DNA of 61,000 bases from Takakia lepidozioides (taxonomy: Eukaryota > Plantae > Bryophyta). A program made the translations under genes and the position numbers. The notes under the pieces are model-generated. The model had not been told where the DNA came from and ran no database searches. It saw nothing but the letters and a program-made list of their open reading frames with translations. Of this stretch, positions 57,298 to 61,000 are shown one piece after another; the first letter of the stretch is position 1; every line of letters begins with the position of its first letter. The stretch lies in assembly GCA_030704615.1 (NCBI GenBank), contig JAKLZA010000183.1, positions 1-61,000 on the forward strand, read 5' to 3'.

Positions 57298-58055
57298 CAG
57301 AAATGGCACCGCATTTCCAAATTTTGGCAACTCTAAGAACCTTCTTTTGGAAATGGGCACCGCATTTCCAAAACGGGGAGGGACTAAATTTTCCATTTCA
57401 ATGTTGGCATAGTAAAAAGTAATCGGTCGATTGAAATGCGGTGCCGCATTTTCCAAAATTTCCTTTTGTCCACACGCCAGTTTTGGCCTCTCCCGCTCAT
57501 TGCATGGATGCCACCAGCTTACAGAGGTCAACAAGGAGGTCGAACAAGGAGTCGAGATGGCGGAATTGAAAATGCGGTGCCGCATTCCATATTGGGGATG
57601 GTCGTTGTTCGAACTGCAGTAGGCCCAGCAAAAATTGGCACCGCATTCCATTGAAAAAAAAGTCGATGACGGACATGGAAATGCGGCGCCGCATTTCCAG
57701 AAAGGACATCGCAATTTGTCCATTTGCAGACCCTCTCACGGAAATGCGGTAACGCATTCCATCGCGCTGGTCGGAAATGTCACACTTTTCGAAGTGTTGG
57801 ACGGAAATGCGGCACCGCATTCCCTTGTCCAAAAAGAAGTTTCCATTGCCAAGCTGGAAATGCGTCGCCGCATTTGCAATGCCAACCTCGTTGTCTGTCC
57901 AATTTATAGACCCGTGTTGGTATTTCGTGTACCTGGACGGAAATGATGCACCGCATTCCATTGTCCGACACTGAAATGCGGTTCATACATTTCCATGTCG
58001 CATGAAATGCACCGCATTTCCTTGTCCGACATGGAAATGCGGTGCCGCATTTCAA
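57298..58055. repeat. Second, looser cluster of the AAATGCGGYRCCGCATT palindrome
   Basis: About 12 full or partial copies, e.g. centres at 57442, 57578, 57687, 57750, 57813, 57866 and 58043, in the convergent intergenic region. Confidence 0.9.
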
Positions 58056-58304
58056 TGTCCGACATGGCGTTACTCTGGTATATTCTTGACACATGACTCT
58101 CATACCGGTTACTCTGTATATTCATCCGGACAGACAAATTGTAGAAATGAGACATTGTAAACAGTGGGCCAATTCCGACAGTTATTCAACAGAATGAAAC
58201 ACAATCATACAGAAGTGAGGTACGATGGGTTTATTGATCGGACACGATGTCTCACATTTACCAACTGCAGACAAAACTAAGCCCTTCCTCCTTCTACATG
58301 GGCT

Positions 58305-59005
58305 TCACCAAGTCGACGGAACTTCGATACCCCTCAAAACAAGCTCATCACTGCTGCGGCACCTCGAGGTAAACTGCAATTCGGTCGTTCTGCTGCCCTT
58401 GCTGGAGCCGACGACAATGTCATGTCCATCAATGATACCACCATCATACATTGACAAGGTCACTGTGGGCCTCATGTGCCCGTGCGATTCGTCTTCGCAA
58501 CTCAGCCGAATGTCTCCATACACTGGAAGAGCGGAGTGATCTGCACGTATATAGTTTTCCCCGGTGCCGTCCTCCCTGGTCCACTGGCAGCAGTTCCAGC
58601 GCCAAAGCGAGGCCGTGCGTGATCTGTCCGGCATCCCTTTCCAGCTTGGTATATCGAGGTCAACAATTTTCAGGACCACGGACCGCATTGACCCTCGCCC
58701 TCACCTCGCTCAAAGCGGTAATAGCCCTCCAGATACTCCATTGCGCGCAAAGACTCTTGCTTGATTCCAGCAGCGTCTGTGAAAAACAGAGAGCCAGACA
58801 ATGATGTCTCCTGATTCTGGTTTGAACATAGCATAATCGTGGCCATGATAAGGGCAGTCGGCTGGATTTCGGCGGCACGCATCCTTGAAAAAGAGTAGCG
58901 GAGTACGCTCAATGACAGCAGCTCCCGGATGGAGGAGGAGCAGCGCGGTGGCTGGAAAAAGTTCAAGCTAACGCTGCAATTCCTCACAAACACTCCAGGG
59001 CACAT
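58305..59005 (-). CDS. Hypothetical protein, paralog A (frameshifted)
   Basis: Read across frameshifts it gives LRYSFSRM..DCPYHGHDYAMFKPESGDIIVW..MEYLEGYYRFERGE..LWRWNCCQWT..PVYGDIRL..YDGGIIDGHDIVV..ELVLRGIEVP, colinear with the 59.2-60.0 kb ORF. Confidence 0.7.
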
Positions 59006-59164
59006 TTAAATTTCCCCCTACAGGATCCTGGACCGATGAAGATTGGCTGCTGCATGAATGTAGCCGTTTCAGTTTCCTACCCTGCCATGCAAACTATGGG
59101 CAGTCACTGCCAGGTGGGCCGATAGCCACTGGACACGACGAAGTCCATCCCCTCTTCGATGTAA

Positions 59165-59994
59165 ATGCGGCGCCGAATTTCCATCCGGGGGGATGGACTT
59201 CGGTGGCAGATCTCAAACTATAACTTGTTGATGAGAAAGATGTATGGGTTCATCCACCGCTGGCGTGATGAACACGTTCCACCTCCGTCGGTGGGTACGT
59301 GGGACCCAGATGCTCCATTATTGGAGGCCGGACTGCTCTTCCGCTTCGCATCATTTCCAAAATCTAAGGGCTTCGTAGCTGTCCGCAAGGTCATCGGCAT
59401 CCAAGTCGTCCTCAGGTCCTCCTTTGCAAGGATGCCGTGCTTCCGGAACCGGGACGACTGCCCATTTGGAGGCATCGATTATGCAATGTATTCGGCCACA
59501 TCGGGAGACATTGTTATCTGGTACACAGATTACAGAGAAGATACTGGTTCGATTGTGGAAACATTGGTGGCTTTTGAGTATATCCTAGGCCACTACGCCT
59601 TCGAGCGGGGTGACGATCTTGGTCTGAGGAGTCCGTGGCTCCTGCGCATCCTCGATTCCGATTTTCCCAGCTACGACGGTCACCCATGCAGAAGAAGGCG
59701 CACTGCTATGCTGTTGCGGTGGAACTGCTGCCACTGGACGTGGGTGGACTCCATCGGAGAGACCTATTCTCCTGAAGGAGTGCGCTCCTCTTCTCCATTG
59801 TATGGGGACATTCGCATTGGTGTGGACGACGAAAACGTGAAGATTTCCATATTCGATGGTGGTATGATTGAAGGGCAGGACATTGTGGTGAACATCACTA
59901 GGGGCGGTACAACGGCTGCAATCGACTTTACTGGAGGAGCCCCATGACTCATGAGCTAGTTCTGAGAGCAGTCGAAGTCCCATTGACAACGTGA
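59165..59994 (+). CDS. Hypothetical protein, paralog B
   Basis: 260-aa ORF containing LRSSFARM..DCPFGGIDYAMYSATSGDIVIW..FEYILGHYAFERGD..LLRWNCCHWT..PLYGDIRI..FDGGMIEGQDIVV. A frameshift near 59940 continues as ELVLRAVEVPLTT* (stop at 59994). The true start may be 59230 or 59239. Confidence 0.75.
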
Positions 59995-60330
59995 CTTGTA
60001 TTCAGTAGGCACAGGGCTAAAGATTTGATTGCACAATCAGCACAGTAGACGTGCTTCAAATGCAATTCATGTGGATCAATAAAAACCTCATTGTGCCCTC
60101 TTTTTATTCTATTCTGTGTCCATCGTTCCGAGAATGCGTCATTGCTCATTTCGTTTGGGATTGGGAGTGTGGGTGGATTTTGCAAGTGGCTGGTAGGCTG
60201 AAATGGGCCCCCATTGTACAGAGCAGTACCACCCTTCCATTCGCGAAACATTGCCTTTCAATATATAATTCTAAATAACATTGCCGAACCTCCTTCATCG
60301 GGAGGTCCTTCTCCCCCTATGACCGTGGCA

Positions 60331-60361
60331 CCCTAAACCCGGCTCATGGCTCATGAAATAG
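60331..60361 (-). repeat. Right terminal inverted repeat
   Basis: CCCTAAACCCGGCTCATGGCTCATGAAATAG; its reverse complement begins CTATTTCATGAGC-CATGAGCCG, matching the left end. Confidence 0.7.
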
Positions 60362-60617
60362 CAGCCCCCAGCCAGGTGACAATGGCATCAGATTCCTCGG
60401 CAGTTCTTAGGAGAGGGAATTCAGGAAGTAGACGTCGAACGTCCTGCTCCTCCGGCAATAGTTCAACAATATCAAACTGGAGATCTACAGATGAGGGGGG
60501 AGCAGAAGAGGGGGGAGCAGCAGAGGGGGGAGCAGACCTCAAAGAAGTCGAGGGAGCAAAAGAGGGGGGAATGGTCACTAGAAGAGAAACCGGCTTTTTC
60601 CACGGCTTTTTCCACAC
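60362..60617 (-). pseudogene. 5' part of an ORF (S/A/P-rich, then DLQFDIVELLPEEQDVRRLLPEFP..WLGA) truncated at the element end
   Basis: The frame stops 3 codons after entering the right TIR. It contains a 15-bp x3 repeat encoding SAPPS-like units (60493-60537). Confidence 0.4.
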
Positions 60618-60910
60618 TTTTTGCTGTGGAATCAGCCGCAGTCCACACCTGCCGTGGGTGTAAGAAACGACTAGTGCTTTTGGACACCCCGTGGACGGCC
60701 TGGCTCTCGGGTGGCCCTGTGGAAAAGTCCACGGGTGGCTTTTTCACGGGGTGCATGGTGACATGGCCGATGGCATAGCTGACATGGCAGATTGTGAAAA
60801 AGGCCAGTGTGGCATGTTTCACGGCGGATTTCACACCTTGAACAAGCCACTATGCGACACGTGTCATATTTCACACCTTCGACAAGTCACTATGCAACAC
60901 GTGTTCGTTC
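60590..60910. repeat. Short direct and inverted repeats (GGCTTTTTCCAC, GTGGAAAA, TTTCACACC, CACTATGC.ACACGTGT), possibly subterminal repeats of a neighbouring element
   Basis: Repeated motifs are directly visible and are followed by an AT-rich tract to the window end. Confidence 0.45.
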
Positions 60911-61000
60911 CTGTGTGGTGGTACACATTAATTAATTATTAATTGTTTTCCAATATTAAGTTTGAATATTAATGGATTTAATTTATTGTTATTATTATTA

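Larger units (their letters stand above)
45399..60361. mobile_element. ~15-kb Mutator-superfamily-like DNA transposon with cargo genes (GCM-MULE-SWIM transposase, ParB-MTase, paralogous unknown pair)
   Basis: 13-bp terminal inverted repeat at 45399-45411 and 60349-60361, with CATGAGC subterminal repeats at both ends. Internal DDE transposase. One palindromic motif is distributed from 45,966 to 59,182. Confidence 0.75.

Noticed and set aside
45399-60361. Helitron/Helentron assignment (short inverted ends, no TSD)
   Set aside because: No HUH Rep or helicase motifs; the encoded enzyme has Mutator-type D-D-CxxH-E motifs.

Overview
Eukaryotic DNA, probably from a non-seed land plant (inferred from short GT-AG introns and the gene types). 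It looks like an indel-rich long-read consensus. (1) 1-~45,150 is a head-to-tail array of 13.3 near-identical ~3.4-kb units with no convincing protein gene. Each unit holds a cluster of GGATGAA/TTCATCC inverted repeats and an internal ~270-bp duplication. The array ends in a garbled junction (~45,150-45,350). (2) 45,399-60,361 is a ~15-kb DNA transposon-like element bounded by a 13-bp inverted repeat (CTATTTCATGAGC) with no visible target-site duplication. On the minus strand it carries a spliced Mutator-type DDE transposase with a GCM-like zinc DNA-binding domain and a SWIM finger. Divergently on the plus strand it carries a multi-intron gene joining a ParB/Srx-like domain (DGNHR) to a beta-class N6/N4 DNA methyltransferase-like domain. 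It also has a head-to-head pair of paralogous unknown genes and about 40 copies of the palindrome GGAAATGCGGYRCCGCATTTCC, including a 52-53-bp-phased array between the two large genes. (3) 60,362-61,000 looks like the end of another element into whose ORF the 15-kb element inserted. The transposase / ParB-MTase / phased-palindrome module is the most interesting system here.
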